Virus record (IMG/VR): IMGVR_UViG_3300042516_005475 | Location: 62,001 to 126,000 of that record | Strand: one strand, 5' to 3' | Length of the DNA: 64,000 nt | In this document: positions 1-10,448 of the stretch, piece by piece | Numbering within the stretch: the stretch's first letter is position 1 | Layout: each line of letters opens with the position of its first letter | Position numbers and translations under genes: made by a program | The notes under the pieces: generated by a model | What the model was told of the DNA's origin: nothing | Database searches by the model: none | What the model saw: only the letters and a program-made list of their open reading frames with translations

Positions 1-46
1 GATACAATAAATAAGAGTACACAAGACAAGAAGAAAAAGACTACCG

Positions 47-763
47 ATGAACGAGCTATTTAATATAATCAAAAATTCCTTAAGAACAAATTCCTTTTAC
101 ATTCCAAGCCAGAACACATATGTAAATGGTTGCTCTCTTACTATTAAGCAATACAATGATTTGTTAGAGCTTGACGCAACACTTGAATTCGGCTTTGAGC
201 AGTATATCAAACATTCTATCTTAACTGATAGCATTATAAAAGAAAATGTTGATAATTACGAAAGTCTGCTTTATTTTGACAAGCCATTCCTACTAGCTCA
301 AATTAAATTAGCTCAAGAAAGCAACTTTCTAGGTTTTTCTTTGGGGGAATATAAAGAAGGTATTTCTAATAGAATTAGTACTGTAACCCTATCTTCATAC
401 GAGGCAGTATACAACAGTAATAATCTTGTTATAAGCTTTGGGTTGAACACATTTAAAGATGTTCAGCTGATTAATAAAGAATATTTTGAAACATTAAACG
501 GTAAGTACAATTTGGCTGGAGATGTAATATCATTAGAGATTTTCAAACACTTAAAAGAAATTTCTTATCTTAATCAAAGCATTGGTAGTGTAAGAAATAT
601 TAAAGAGCTCAAACCATTAATTGATCAAATGCCTGCTGGCTTGGTTGAAACCTTTAATGGGTTGCTTAGTAAAGTAAACGAAGATATAAGAGAGCTTAAT
701 AAGTTCGAAATTGACGGTGAAAACTTTGTTTTTAATCCTTCGCTAGAGTTTATGTTGTCGTAA
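47..763 (+). CDS. Putative baseplate hub protein, T4 gp26-like
   Basis: 238 aa. Pattern SLTIKQYNDLL...LLYFDKPFLLAQIK resembles the gp26 family; lies directly upstream of tape-measure-like and gp53-like genes. Confidence 0.45.
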   Translation: MNELFNIIKNSLRTNSFYIPSQNTYVNGCSLTIKQYNDLLELDATLEFGFEQYIKHSILTDSIIKENVDNYESLLYFDKPFLLAQIKLAQESNFLGFSLGEYKEGISNRISTVTLSSYEAVYNSNNLVISFGLNTFKDVQLINKEYFETLNGKYNLAGDVISLEIFKHLKEISYLNQSIGSVRNIKELKPLIDQMPAGLVETFNGLLSKVNEDIRELNKFEIDGENFVFNPSLEFMLS

Positions 764-774
764 TAAATATTTAC

Positions 775-3135
775 ATGGGTGTAAAAGATAGTAACACACA
801 GGCTATAATAGATGCCATTACAAATCTTGTAAAAGAGACGCAGCAATCCAACCGTATTGTTGAAAGAGAGATTAAAAATCTAAGCGTCAACACCAAGTCT
901 TACATTGAGAAAGCACAAAGTAGTGCAAACTTTGAAAAGGTTTTTGAGTCCTTTTCAAAAGAATTCTCTACAAATATATCTGAATCAATTAATGAAACTG
1001 TTAAAGATGCAAATGAGAAGACCTTTAAGCAGCTAAAAGAAGGTATTCAGTCTAAAAAGCAGGAGATAGAAAAAAGAAAAAAGGATTTAAAGAGCTCTGC
1101 ATCCCTTGGACCTGAGTTTCAAAAAGATCTTAACAAAAAAATTAAGCAATCTGAAAAAGAGTTAAGAGAGCTTATTGAAAACTACGATAAAACTGCTAGA
1201 ACAAACAACCAGAATTTAATTCAGCAGATTAGAGAATCTCAAGCTAAACTAACAGAAGAGCTTACTGGTGGTCTACAGGAATTTGGTAAATCTTCCTTTA
1301 AAAACTATGTAAAAGAAACAAACAATGTAGATGAAGCACTAGTAAAATATAAAAACGCTTTAAAAGAACAGTATACTTCCCTTGAAAAAAATGTAGAGAC
1401 AAGAAAAAAACTTGGCTTAACTGACAAGAAAATGGAAGAAATAAAAGAAGATCTTTATGATTCTTATTTTAAGGAACTAGAAGCTCAGGGTAACAGAGCA
1501 GATATTGATGAAAAGACAAGAAAAGTTCTCACTGACAAATTAAAGAGAGAGCAAATATTAGCTGGTAGATCTACCTATGAACAAACTTATGGTAAGACTT
1601 CTTCTATAGGCCAGCTAGCTGGTAGATTAGCTGATTTTACTACAAGTAGATACAAAAAGCAAGATCAAAATACCTCTGCTTTGGGTAAAGCCTTTAACGC
1701 AGGTTTAGGTGCTTTATTTAAAGGTAAAGATGCTAAGGAACCTTTCCTAGAAGCAGATAAAAACGACTTATCAACAAAACCATCTATTACTCAAAAAGAT
1801 ATAGAAGGTGGAGAAGGTAGCACTTATATTAAACCATATAGTGAATCAGAAAATAAAGAAACTGTTGAAACAGCTGAAGCAGATAAAATAGCAGCTGAAA
1901 ATGCAAATGCTTCTGTAAATCCTTCTGCTCAAGTAGAGGCTCTAGAAGCTATTCAACAATCATTTGAAGAAGCAAAAGAAAATGTACCGTTTAAGGTAGT
2001 TATATCTGACCTTGATCCAAAAGCTCAAAAAGGAATGACTGCTGCATTTAATGAGGCTTTTAAAGAATCTTTAGAGCCAATAGTAAAAGATGCTTTAGCT
2101 ATTGCAATACAAGGCGGTCAAAAAGGTATGGTTAAAGCTTTAGGTAAGCCAGAAAAAAAAGAAAAGGAGGATGGTTCTATAATAGACGTAGAAGATATAA
2201 TAGATTTAATCCCAAAAGGTAAAAAAGGTTTCTTTAAAAAGACTGCTCAAAGAGGGAGAATTGCTGCTAAAAAAGCTGCGAGAGGTATTGGGAGAGCTGC
2301 GAGAGGTCTTTCAAGAGTAGCTACAGGAGGTGTTGGTGTAGGTGGTTTACTAGGTACAAATGTAGGAGCAATTGGTAGTTTAGGAGCAGGTGCTGTAGCA
2401 ACTTCTGGTCTTTTAGCTGCTGGTACAGCCTATGGTGGTTACAAAGCTGGAGAGGCTCTAGAAGAAAACTTTGGTTTAGGTACTAAGGCTATTGAAGCAG
2501 TAGGAGTAAACAAAGAAACAAACCAACTAGAAAAAACTCAAGAAGATTTAAACAGCAAATTGCAAGATGTTTCAAAAATTAAAGATCCAAACGAGAGGAG
2601 AATAGCATATTTTGAGACTCAATTAGACACTTTAGAAAAACAGAAAACAATTCAGTCTGGAGATGATAAAGCTCAAACTGAACGTATGATTACTGTTGTT
2701 AAAGGTAAGTTAGAAAAACTTAAAAACCCACCTAAAGTTGAACCTGCTCCAGCTGCTAAACAGGCTTCTAACCCTGAAATAGGCGCAGCAGCTAATGTTG
2801 CTCCAGCTGTTATATCAGCTGCTACTCCTGCAATTGGTGTTGCAGCTAATGTTGCTCCAGCTACAACAGCCTCTCCAATAGCTGGAGCAACAATGCCAAC
2901 AATTACAGCTAATATTCCTCAACCAAAAGATGTTTCTCCAGAGCTTAACACAAATAACAAGCTAACTGAGCAAACCAATCAAATACTTGGAGATTTGGTT
3001 AAAGTTATGGCTGGAAAAGACTATAACCCTACATCTATTACACCAATAATGGTTTCTCAGGCTGCTCCTAGCCAATCGACTGGACAAACACAAAGTCCTG
3101 CTTATCAATTTAGATCACAGAACAGGCTAGAATAA
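775..3135 (+). CDS. Tape-measure / baseplate hub (gp29-like) coiled-coil protein
   Basis: 786 aa. Long K/E-rich helical N-half, Gly/Ala-rich hydrophobic stretch (GAGAVATSGLLAAGTAYGGYKAG), low-complexity C-terminus; position in the tail module. Confidence 0.45.
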   Translation: MGVKDSNTQAIIDAITNLVKETQQSNRIVEREIKNLSVNTKSYIEKAQSSANFEKVFESFSKEFSTNISESINETVKDANEKTFKQLKEGIQSKKQEIEKRKKDLKSSASLGPEFQKDLNKKIKQSEKELRELIENYDKTARTNNQNLIQQIRESQAKLTEELTGGLQEFGKSSFKNYVKETNNVDEALVKYKNALKEQYTSLEKNVETRKKLGLTDKKMEEIKEDLYDSYFKELEAQGNRADIDEKTRKVLTDKLKREQILAGRSTYEQTYGKTSSIGQLAGRLADFTTSRYKKQDQNTSALGKAFNAGLGALFKGKDAKEPFLEADKNDLSTKPSITQKDIEGGEGSTYIKPYSESENKETVETAEADKIAAENANASVNPSAQVEALEAIQQSFEEAKENVPFKVVISDLDPKAQKGMTAAFNEAFKESLEPIVKDALAIAIQGGQKGMVKALGKPEKKEKEDGSIIDVEDIIDLIPKGKKGFFKKTAQRGRIAAKKAARGIGRAARGLSRVATGGVGVGGLLGTNVGAIGSLGAGAVATSGLLAAGTAYGGYKAGEALEENFGLGTKAIEAVGVNKETNQLEKTQEDLNSKLQDVSKIKDPNERRIAYFETQLDTLEKQKTIQSGDDKAQTERMITVVKGKLEKLKNPPKVEPAPAAKQASNPEIGAAANVAPAVISAATPAIGVAANVAPATTASPIAGATMPTITANIPQPKDVSPELNTNNKLTEQTNQILGDLVKVMAGKDYNPTSITPIMVSQAAPSQSTGQTQSPAYQFRSQNRLE

Positions 3136-3146
3136 TAAATAATTAT

Positions 3147-4640
3147 ATGGCCAGTACGTCCCAACAGCAAATAGTAAGTCAGTCTAGTGTACTTTTTAAA
3201 TTTGAAGTACCTAACTATGATGATGGAATTGCTGGTTCAAACAGAGTTCTAAATAGTGAGTTTGTTGCTATGGCGAGTGACAAATTTAACGGTACTAGCA
3301 ACGCTGGTATTACAACCCCATTCGCTGGATTGTTAGGACCATCTTCAAAAGCTCCTAAACTAGTCCCTATATCTTCTGCTCCTATTGATATAAAAAATAA
3401 TTTTGCATGGACTTCTAGTAAGGCTGACCCAGCAAGAGCTGACATGCCATATGTCTATTTAACAGAAAAAATTGTAGATAGGTCCTCTCGCTTACAAAAC
3501 CTAATGTATAGCACAGTTTCTTTGCTACAAAGCCCATTAGGAACAGTTGCTGGTGCTGCTATAGGAGCTGGAGCAGGTTCTTCTCTAGGTTCTAGTGCTG
3601 CAGCTGCTATTGGAGCTACTGGAAAATTGGCTTCTGGTTTAAAATTTGCCGGAGCTGTAGTGGGTGGTGCTGGTGGAGCTGTTGGAGCTGATACAGTAGC
3701 AAGCGCATTTTCACAAACATCTCTAGGTGGAGATGTTTACACCAAAAACTTAAAAGCCTTTTCAGGTTTATATAGCACAACACCAACCAATTTTAGCTAT
3801 AAATTACCATTTGTAAAAACTTCTGGTTCAATTAGCAAAGGCATTTCCCAGAATTGGAATGAAGAATCTAATACAATTGGTAATTCCCTTGAAAATATTA
3901 ATTCTAAACTAGAAGAAACAGTAGGCTCTTCAGCAGCTGAAGGTCTTGTTGGCGCTGCTTCTCGTGGAATTGGTACAGCTCAATTACTTGCGAAAGCTGC
4001 TGATGATGTTAATAGCATGGTTTCCGACATGAACAAAAATGTTTTTGCTGCTGCTTATACAGAATCTGCTAAGACATTTGGTTACGGTGGAGCCCCTGGT
4101 TTTGACATTAGTTTTTATTTGTTTAATAACTTGACTTGGGCTGATACAGTAAAAAATTGGTATGTTGTTTTTGCTTTACAGTATCAAAATCTACCAAATA
4201 GATTAAACAGATTAATTTTAACACCTTCAGTTATATACGAGGCTGTTGTACCTGGTTATTTTTATAGCATGTACACATACATAAAGAACCTAAATGTTAC
4301 TTTTTTAGGCTCAAATCTACTAATTGATATTCCAATTATACAGACAAATACCTCAGATGATTCAGTTAGAAACATATCAACTAACCAGGCCCCTTCATCT
4401 GAATCTACTATTAAAGTAATAATGCCTGAAGTGTATAAAATTGATATTTCATTTGAAAGTCTCGTACCAGAATCTCAAAACTTGTTGTATGAGGCTATGG
4501 TACAAACAAGAAGTAATGGTTCAGTCTCACAGGCTGTAGCTGGTCAACAGGTTACATTCCCTAACCCACAAAATAATATAATTCCTAACTCCTCCCGTAA
4601 TGCTGTTCCAATCAACATAACTGGAAATCCAAATTTTTAA
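3147..4640 (+). CDS. Putative baseplate tail-tube initiator/cap (gp48/gp54-like)
   Basis: 497 aa. C-terminal FDISFYLFN...YQNLPNR...PSVIYE...PG...IKNLNVTF resembles the tube-initiator fold; precedes gp53-like gene. Confidence 0.45.
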   Translation: MASTSQQQIVSQSSVLFKFEVPNYDDGIAGSNRVLNSEFVAMASDKFNGTSNAGITTPFAGLLGPSSKAPKLVPISSAPIDIKNNFAWTSSKADPARADMPYVYLTEKIVDRSSRLQNLMYSTVSLLQSPLGTVAGAAIGAGAGSSLGSSAAAAIGATGKLASGLKFAGAVVGGAGGAVGADTVASAFSQTSLGGDVYTKNLKAFSGLYSTTPTNFSYKLPFVKTSGSISKGISQNWNEESNTIGNSLENINSKLEETVGSSAAEGLVGAASRGIGTAQLLAKAADDVNSMVSDMNKNVFAAAYTESAKTFGYGGAPGFDISFYLFNNLTWADTVKNWYVVFALQYQNLPNRLNRLILTPSVIYEAVVPGYFYSMYTYIKNLNVTFLGSNLLIDIPIIQTNTSDDSVRNISTNQAPSSESTIKVIMPEVYKIDISFESLVPESQNLLYEAMVQTRSNGSVSQAVAGQQVTFPNPQNNIIPNSSRNAVPINITGNPNF

Positions 4641-4641
4641 T

Positions 4642-5034
4642 ATGGCTAACACTGTTACAGAAATAGGTCTATATATTAGCGACATACCAACTTATGTAGA
4701 AGTTGAGAATGTTTCGTATGAGAATTTCTTTAAGCTTCACATCTATAACGATGAGTTTGCTTTCTTTAATCTATTAAAAAAGATTAACATCCTCACAAGC
4801 ACTAATGATGCGGACCCAACGTATTTTATTACCTACAATGTAGACGTAGATATTCCTTGGGTAGTATTAAGCTATAAAATTTATGGAACATTAAATTTGT
4901 GGTGGTTGCTTTGTTTAGTAAACAATATTCAAGATGCTACTAAAAATCCTGCTTTAGGTACACAAATTAAAGCAATTAAGCCTCAATTTGTAAATACAGT
5001 AGTAAATCAAATTAACATTCAATTAAGAGTATAA
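4642..5034 (+). CDS. Baseplate wedge protein, T4 gp53-like (LysM-like)
   Basis: Motif LSYKIYGTLNLWWLLCLVNNIQD..NP..GTQIK is typical of gp53/LysM baseplate proteins. Confidence 0.8.
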   Translation: MANTVTEIGLYISDIPTYVEVENVSYENFFKLHIYNDEFAFFNLLKKINILTSTNDADPTYFITYNVDVDIPWVVLSYKIYGTLNLWWLLCLVNNIQDATKNPALGTQIKAIKPQFVNTVVNQINIQLRV

Positions 5035-6602
5035 TGGCTGAAGCAAAAACTTATACAATAGTAACATATAATAATACTCAATACGAATTCGAATTGGTAT
5101 TAGTAAACGAGTTTTTTAACATTTATATCCCGCATAATATTGTTGAATCGATTATTATTGTAGATGACTTATACAATGTTTTTACTTCTGCTACAATAGT
5201 TTTAAACAACTCAAGAAATAATATTGATATCTACTCAAATTATAAAAGAGGGGTTAAGCAGATAACAGAAAACAAATCTTACAACTTTTTAGGTTCTGGT
5301 AATGACTTTTTCTTACTACATTTAAAACCAAAAACACAAAACACTCAAAACGCAGATCAAAGCAGACTGAATGAAGATATATTTGCTCTAGACCTTCAAC
5401 TTACAATTCAAGATGAAGATGAAGTTTTAACTGGTAACGGTCAAAAGAGAAAAATCTTTCAATGTATTGATGTTAGAGAATATATTTTACAGACAGATAA
5501 AAGAGGTTTTTCTTCTATAAACGAACCTAACTTCGCTAAAAATAGTTTCAGAGTAAAACAACTAGACAATACTTCTAGAGTAGCTCCTTCTGGAGATATT
5601 ATAAAATATATTCTTTCTGAATCATTAAAAGAAACTAATCCTACGTTTGCACAGCAATGGGACTCAGGAGAAAGTAAGCTATTTTATTCTTCTCCACAAA
5701 ATTTCTCTGCTTATGATGACGTCGAATACCTACTAGACTTCCACGTTTCTTCAGTAATTAAAGATAATAGCTTATTAAAATTGCAGAGAGATGGAACATT
5801 TTCTTTAAAGTCTTTTTCTGATTACTTTGCATCTAATAGAAACGGGAATTCTGCTGGACCATATATGCAAGATTTCTTTGCATATGAAGATAATACTTCT
5901 AAGAATGCTAATACATCTGCACCAATAGATAAAAAAGACAACCAAATAACAACCCCTATTAAGTTCTCTTTTGATAATATTACTAACATTGCTAACTTAC
6001 CTCAATTACCAGAGTTTAACTTTCTCAACAGAACCGGTATTGATGGTTATTCTTATTTAATTTCCTACGGTATTAGTACCTATGACTTAGGGTCAAAGAA
6101 CTTCTCGATTCTACAGCCTGTAAATCACGTAGATAATCAAAAAGCATTTATTGATGAGCATTATACTAAAAAATTTGGTGGGGCTAATCCAACTACTGCT
6201 TATTACATTGATAACGTTAAGAGAAGTAACGTAGTATTTAAATCTGATTTTTGTTTGCCTATTGATTCTAACAGCTTTCAAAAATATGGATTAAATGTTG
6301 CCTTAAAAAAATACATTGATTCCTCTCCATGTATTAGCTTTGATACAGAAGGTTTTTCACATAGAGAAAGCGGTAAATTTATGTCTTTAGTTAATTCTCA
6401 ATTTGAGACTGAATCTGTATTTGCTAGCTTATTCTCTGGAGAGTGGTTAACTACAAAGATTGTACATAATTTTACAGGTAATAAATACACTAATAATATT
6501 ACTGGCATTAAGACATACTTTTATGATAGAGTGTCTGCTGCTAATGCTACAGATGACCCTAAGCTTGCTGACAAGATAAATAAGATTGAATCATTAGGAT
6601 AA
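5034..6602 (+). CDS. Putative baseplate hub protein (gp27-like)
   Basis: 522 aa. N-terminal SIIIVDDLYNVFTSATIVL and C-terminal FSGEWLTTKIVHNFTGNKY match hub/late-control protein patterns; follows gp53-like gene. Confidence 0.55.
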   Translation: MAEAKTYTIVTYNNTQYEFELVLVNEFFNIYIPHNIVESIIIVDDLYNVFTSATIVLNNSRNNIDIYSNYKRGVKQITENKSYNFLGSGNDFFLLHLKPKTQNTQNADQSRLNEDIFALDLQLTIQDEDEVLTGNGQKRKIFQCIDVREYILQTDKRGFSSINEPNFAKNSFRVKQLDNTSRVAPSGDIIKYILSESLKETNPTFAQQWDSGESKLFYSSPQNFSAYDDVEYLLDFHVSSVIKDNSLLKLQRDGTFSLKSFSDYFASNRNGNSAGPYMQDFFAYEDNTSKNANTSAPIDKKDNQITTPIKFSFDNITNIANLPQLPEFNFLNRTGIDGYSYLISYGISTYDLGSKNFSILQPVNHVDNQKAFIDEHYTKKFGGANPTTAYYIDNVKRSNVVFKSDFCLPIDSNSFQKYGLNVALKKYIDSSPCISFDTEGFSHRESGKFMSLVNSQFETESVFASLFSGEWLTTKIVHNFTGNKYTNNITGIKTYFYDRVSAANATDDPKLADKINKIESLG

Positions 6603-6603
6603 T

Positions 6604-7749
6604 ATGTCTAGCCAACCACAAAATACAGGTATTCCTTACTTAGTAGATCAAAATCTATTTAATACGTTAGATTTTTTAATTGCTGCAGGTAATCTTAACT
6701 CTCTTGTACAAACATTCCCTAATGAAATTTGCGTAGCATACCTATATAACTATACCAAGACAACTAACGACCCTATTACTTCTCAGGCTATATTCTTTAA
6801 AGAAATAAACAAGAATTTGTTACAGCTTAAAAATAATTTTAGGTGCACTAAAAACCCAAATGTTAAACAATATAGCTTCATTAAGGATAGTCTTAGCATT
6901 GGTAAAGATGAAGAAATTACTACTGACTCTGTAGGAAATAACTTTACAAGAATTAATCCTGATACAGGCAATCTAGAAATTCAAGTAAACATAATTAACG
7001 AAAAGAATAGAACAAGATTTGTTGAAGTCTTAACCAATGTATCTGCAGAAGTAAATTCAATTTTAGAAACAGTAGAAGATGGATACGGTCAAAGTTCTCT
7101 TAGTGAAGAGTTTTGCCAATATTGGATAAACGTATTCAATAACAGTTTAGCACAAGTAAAAGAAGAGTATAAAAAGCTAGATCCAGATTACGAAAAAGGA
7201 ATTTTTCAAACTCTTAGCGACAGTATTAGACTGTATACAAGATACAAAGAAAACTTTGATGTAGTAAACGGCCCACTATCTGACCCTTATTACGAGTATA
7301 ATCAATTATTGCCAAGACACTTTCCTTCATTTATTGGTGATAAACTAGATGATGAATTTCAGAGACTATTAATTGAATTCTCTCAAAAAACTTCTTACGT
7401 TCATAGACACAACCTACAAGGAGTTTATACTAACCCAACAGTAGTTTATCCTGCTACAACAGCTCACGGAAACAATCTAGTAACTGACGACAAGTATTAT
7501 GAGTATATTGGAACTATAAATGATTCGTTATTAGGAGCTGTAAACAACTATTTAGATGTCGGTTCTCGTATATTTGAGTATAGGGTGCTTGTTGGTTTAT
7601 CTACTGAGGGTAACAGACAGGAAATAACCAAAGCCCTAATTAACAAGATTATTCAAAACACTTCTTGTACGGTAGACTTCTTCCAACAATTATTTCAAAA
7701 TATTCAGAATAAGAATACAACTAATGCTATGCTGAGTGTGTTACGTTAA
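6604..7749 (+). CDS. Hypothetical protein, probably virion-associated
   Basis: 381 aa ORF starting 1 nt after the hub-gene stop; no recognisable motif. Confidence 0.6.
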   Translation: MSSQPQNTGIPYLVDQNLFNTLDFLIAAGNLNSLVQTFPNEICVAYLYNYTKTTNDPITSQAIFFKEINKNLLQLKNNFRCTKNPNVKQYSFIKDSLSIGKDEEITTDSVGNNFTRINPDTGNLEIQVNIINEKNRTRFVEVLTNVSAEVNSILETVEDGYGQSSLSEEFCQYWINVFNNSLAQVKEEYKKLDPDYEKGIFQTLSDSIRLYTRYKENFDVVNGPLSDPYYEYNQLLPRHFPSFIGDKLDDEFQRLLIEFSQKTSYVHRHNLQGVYTNPTVVYPATTAHGNNLVTDDKYYEYIGTINDSLLGAVNNYLDVGSRIFEYRVLVGLSTEGNRQEITKALINKIIQNTSCTVDFFQQLFQNIQNKNTTNAMLSVLR

Positions 7750-8200
7750 TCTCACTTTGCTGATTATTCTTTGCTGATAGCATCATTTTTAAAATCTCCT
7801 CTCTTGAGGCCATAACTTTTACAGCATGGTCGTTAGATTGGAGTTCCTTTTTATTCTCAACATCCATTTTCTTAATTTCAATTGCAGCGTCATTTTTCTT
7901 TTTTTGCAGAAGTAGTTTTGTAAGAGTGTCTAAGGCATTGGTAGAAGCATTAACTAATTCAGAGTAGGCTGCCATCTCTTCTGCTCCTTGAACTGTTTGA
8001 ACAACTCCTTCCATATTTTTAAGCATGCTAATTGAGGAATTAACAATTTCACTGCTATTTTTAAGAACAAATTCCTCAAGATTGTCTATTGTCGCGACAG
8101 TATCTCTAGGCACGTTAACTGTAGATTGCTCTGCACGTATGGTTTGCAGGTCGTTTAAGAATTGTGCGACTGATTCATCTGGGATGTTGGCTTCGTCCAT
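7727..8200 (-). CDS. Helical protein, possibly terminase small subunit (gp16-like)
   Basis: 157 aa. ELVNASTNALDTLTKLLLQKKK...VMASREEILKMM loosely resembles T4-like small terminases; TAAATA lies 5 nt upstream of the ATG. ORF is solid, function is tentative. Confidence 0.4.
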   Translation of the reverse strand: MDEANIPDESVAQFLNDLQTIRAEQSTVNVPRDTVATIDNLEEFVLKNSSEIVNSSISMLKNMEGVVQTVQGAEEMAAYSELVNASTNALDTLTKLLLQKKKNDAAIEIKKMDVENKKELQSNDHAVKVMASREEILKMMLSAKNNQQSEINVTHSA

Positions 8201-8205
8201 ATAAT

Positions 8206-8241
8206 TATTTACTTGAATAATGGTTTTTTCTATGCTATACT
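8206..8241. promoter_or_regulatory. Back-to-back promoters: TAAATA (minus, 8206-8211) and sigma70-like TTGAAT-N17-TATACT (plus, 8213-8241)
   Basis: TTGAAT 8213-8218, TG at 8233-8234 (extended -10), TATACT 8236-8241, dut ATG at 8248. Minus-strand TAAATA lies 5 nt before the ATG at 8200. Confidence 0.7.
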
Positions 8242-8247
8242 CATGTC

Positions 8248-8703
8248 ATGAATATGAAAGAAGAGGTAAAAATCCTGTTTAAACGTACTCACGATCTTGC
8301 TAAGCTCCCTGTTAAGGCTAATCCTGAACCAGCGACCGGCGATTCTGGGTATGATGTATTTGCGGTTGAACAAGTCGTTATTCCTGCTCGAGGTTCAGCA
8401 GTTGTTCCGGTTGGTCTTCAACTAGCATTTATTACTCTTGGTTATTGGTTCCGAATTGAACCTAAGAGTGGTCTGGGCTTCAAGCATGGTTTGCAACCAC
8501 ACTTGGGAATCATCGATAATCAGTATCGTGGAGGCATGGGTATTAAAATCTACAACTTTTCTGATGTTGATTATACCTATAACGTTGGGGATAAAGTCGC
8601 TCAATTCGTTGTCTACGAGTTGGTGAATTCTACTGTTGACTGGAGTGATACCGTTTATGAAACTAATAGAGGATCAAAGGGCTTTGGCTCAACTGGCCGA
8701 TAA
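8248..8703 (+). CDS. dut: Trimeric dUTPase
   Basis: All five motifs present: GDSGYD, PKSG, GIIDNQYRG, VAQ, RGSKGFGSTG. Confidence 0.95.
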   Translation: MNMKEEVKILFKRTHDLAKLPVKANPEPATGDSGYDVFAVEQVVIPARGSAVVPVGLQLAFITLGYWFRIEPKSGLGFKHGLQPHLGIIDNQYRGGMGIKIYNFSDVDYTYNVGDKVAQFVVYELVNSTVDWSDTVYETNRGSKGFGSTGR

Positions 8704-8869
8704 CATTAACATTGAATCAATTGATTGCCCAGAAAGTGGAGAATGTGATGTCAAATACAAAGTCAAACCTGGTTTTTTCGACCTTATTGAAAAGCAAAAA
8801 TTCAAGAAAATGTTCGAAGGAATGGATCTTGACTCTATCGTAAAAACTGTTATACTTGAATACCTGTGA
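8657..8869 (+). CDS. Small hypothetical protein, start uncertain
   Basis: Fills the gap between dut and the clamp loader; its stop overlaps the clamp-loader start (GTGA). In-frame ATG at 8657 overlaps the dut 3' end. Confidence 0.45.
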   Translation: MKLIEDQRALAQLADNINIESIDCPESGECDVKYKVKPGFFDLIEKQKFKKMFEGMDLDSIVKTVILEYL

Positions 8870-9786
8870 ATAAACCTCCGGCTAGTTACATTTGGTTCGA
8901 AAAGTACCGCCCTCAGTCTCTGGAAGAGATTATTCTTCCAGATAACATCAAGGCTACTATTGAAGGTTATGGTCGTGACGAGAAGATACCTCATTTGATG
9001 TTTGTTGGTAAGCCTGGCTTGGGTAAAACCAGTCTTGCAAAGATTATTGCTAAGAGTGTTCTAAAGTGTCAGTATCTGTATATTAATGCTTCAGATGAGA
9101 ATGGTATCGATGCAATTAGAACTAAGGTTGTTGCATTTTCTCAGACTAAATCAATCGACGGTCGAATCAAGATTATTATTCTTGATGAATGTGATGGGTT
9201 GACTCAAGACGCACAAAAGGCCTTGCGTAACGTAATGGAAGAGTTCCATAAAGTAACTAGTTTCATTCTTACAGCCAACTATGGTCACAAGATTATCGGT
9301 GCGTTAACTAGCCGGTGTCAGAAGTTCGATATTCAAATCTCAAAGACTCAATTTGAGAACCAATTGGCTAATATTCTTAATAAAGAGAATGTTACCTTTG
9401 AAAAGGTTCAAGTTGAGACTATTACAGAGCAGTATTATCCTGACTTGCGTATTGCTATTAATGAATTGCAGAAGAATAGCAGGTCAGGATCTCTTCAGAC
9501 AGCTTCTAATAAGCAGAACATTGCTCTTGTAAAAGGCATCTTAATTAATGTTCTTTCTAAGAAAGACTGTACTATTATTCGTCGTCATGTAATTGAGAAC
9601 GAAGAAGTGTTTAACGGAGATTATGTTGGACTGATGCGTCAGCTATTCAACTTCATTAATGAGTTTGAATTTGACGAAAAAAATAAGCGTAAAATGCTCG
9701 TCACCATTGCGGATCACTTGTATAAGTCTGCTTTTGTAATGGATCAAGAGATCAACTTTTACGCTTGTTTGTTGGCGATGGTTTAA
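8866..9786 (+). CDS. Sliding-clamp loader AAA+ subunit (T4 gp44 / RFC small subunit-like)
   Basis: WFEKYRPQ, Walker A GKPGLGKT, NASDENG, Walker B ILDECD, SRC motif. Confidence 0.95.
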   Translation: MNKPPASYIWFEKYRPQSLEEIILPDNIKATIEGYGRDEKIPHLMFVGKPGLGKTSLAKIIAKSVLKCQYLYINASDENGIDAIRTKVVAFSQTKSIDGRIKIIILDECDGLTQDAQKALRNVMEEFHKVTSFILTANYGHKIIGALTSRCQKFDIQISKTQFENQLANILNKENVTFEKVQVETITEQYYPDLRIAINELQKNSRSGSLQTASNKQNIALVKGILINVLSKKDCTIIRRHVIENEEVFNGDYVGLMRQLFNFINEFEFDEKNKRKMLVTIADHLYKSAFVMDQEINFYACLLAMV

Positions 9787-10400
9787 TAACCCTTCATGTA
9801 ACTACCATAACCCATCTTATGCTTCTGTGTATAAGATAGGGTTGTGTTAGTTGTAGGGTTACCTGTTACATTCTTATCTGTCTGAGGAATATTACCTGGA
9901 TCTTCATTACCAGGAAGAGCATCGATCTTAGGGTAGCTTGGGTGTTGAGTATCCATATATCTAGCTGTGCTATTAATTGGCTTAACTGCTTCTGGTTTAA
10001 TAATCTCATTATTTGGTCTTACAAGCTTTGGATTAATAGGTGTTTGAGTTCTATTCTCACCACCTGTCATCATTAATTCAACTAGGTAAGAAGGTACAGT
10101 TATTTTGTCTGTAAAGAGACCTGGTGCAATTTCTCTTGTAATATCAAGATAAAAGGCATCTGGTTCATAATCTTTACCGTTAGCACTGAAACCATATGGG
10201 GATTTAATATGGCTAACACGCAAATAATCACCTGATGTAGCAAGCTCTCTAAGCATGTTGATTTTCTCAACAGACTGAGTCTTAGACCAAGGACCTGTGA
10301 AGGCTTCTTGTTTAATTCTAACTAGATCACCGCAAAGAAACCCGTTGCGAGTAAATCTGTCATAATGTTCTTTTATTACTTGTTCAAATCGAGATGCCAT
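9783..10400 (-). CDS. Hypothetical protein
   Basis: Start refined to ATG 10400 (MASRFEQVIKE) because minus-strand TAAATA lies at 10408-10413; convergent with the clamp loader. Confidence 0.65.
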   Translation of the reverse strand: MASRFEQVIKEHYDRFTRNGFLCGDLVRIKQEAFTGPWSKTQSVEKINMLRELATSGDYLRVSHIKSPYGFSANGKDYEPDAFYLDITREIAPGLFTDKITVPSYLVELMMTGGENRTQTPINPKLVRPNNEIIKPEAVKPINSTARYMDTQHPSYPKIDALPGNEDPGNIPQTDKNVTGNPTTNTTLSYTQKHKMGYGSYMKGY

Positions 10401-10407
10401 ATATAAA

Positions 10408-10440
10408 TATTTATGTAATTCGTTCAAAAATTTATAAATA
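10408..10440. promoter_or_regulatory. Divergent T4-type late promoters
   Basis: Minus-strand TAAATA at 10408-10413; perfect plus-strand TATAAATA at 10433-10440, 8 nt before the gp25-like ATG. Confidence 0.7.
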
Positions 10441-10448
10441 ATTAACAG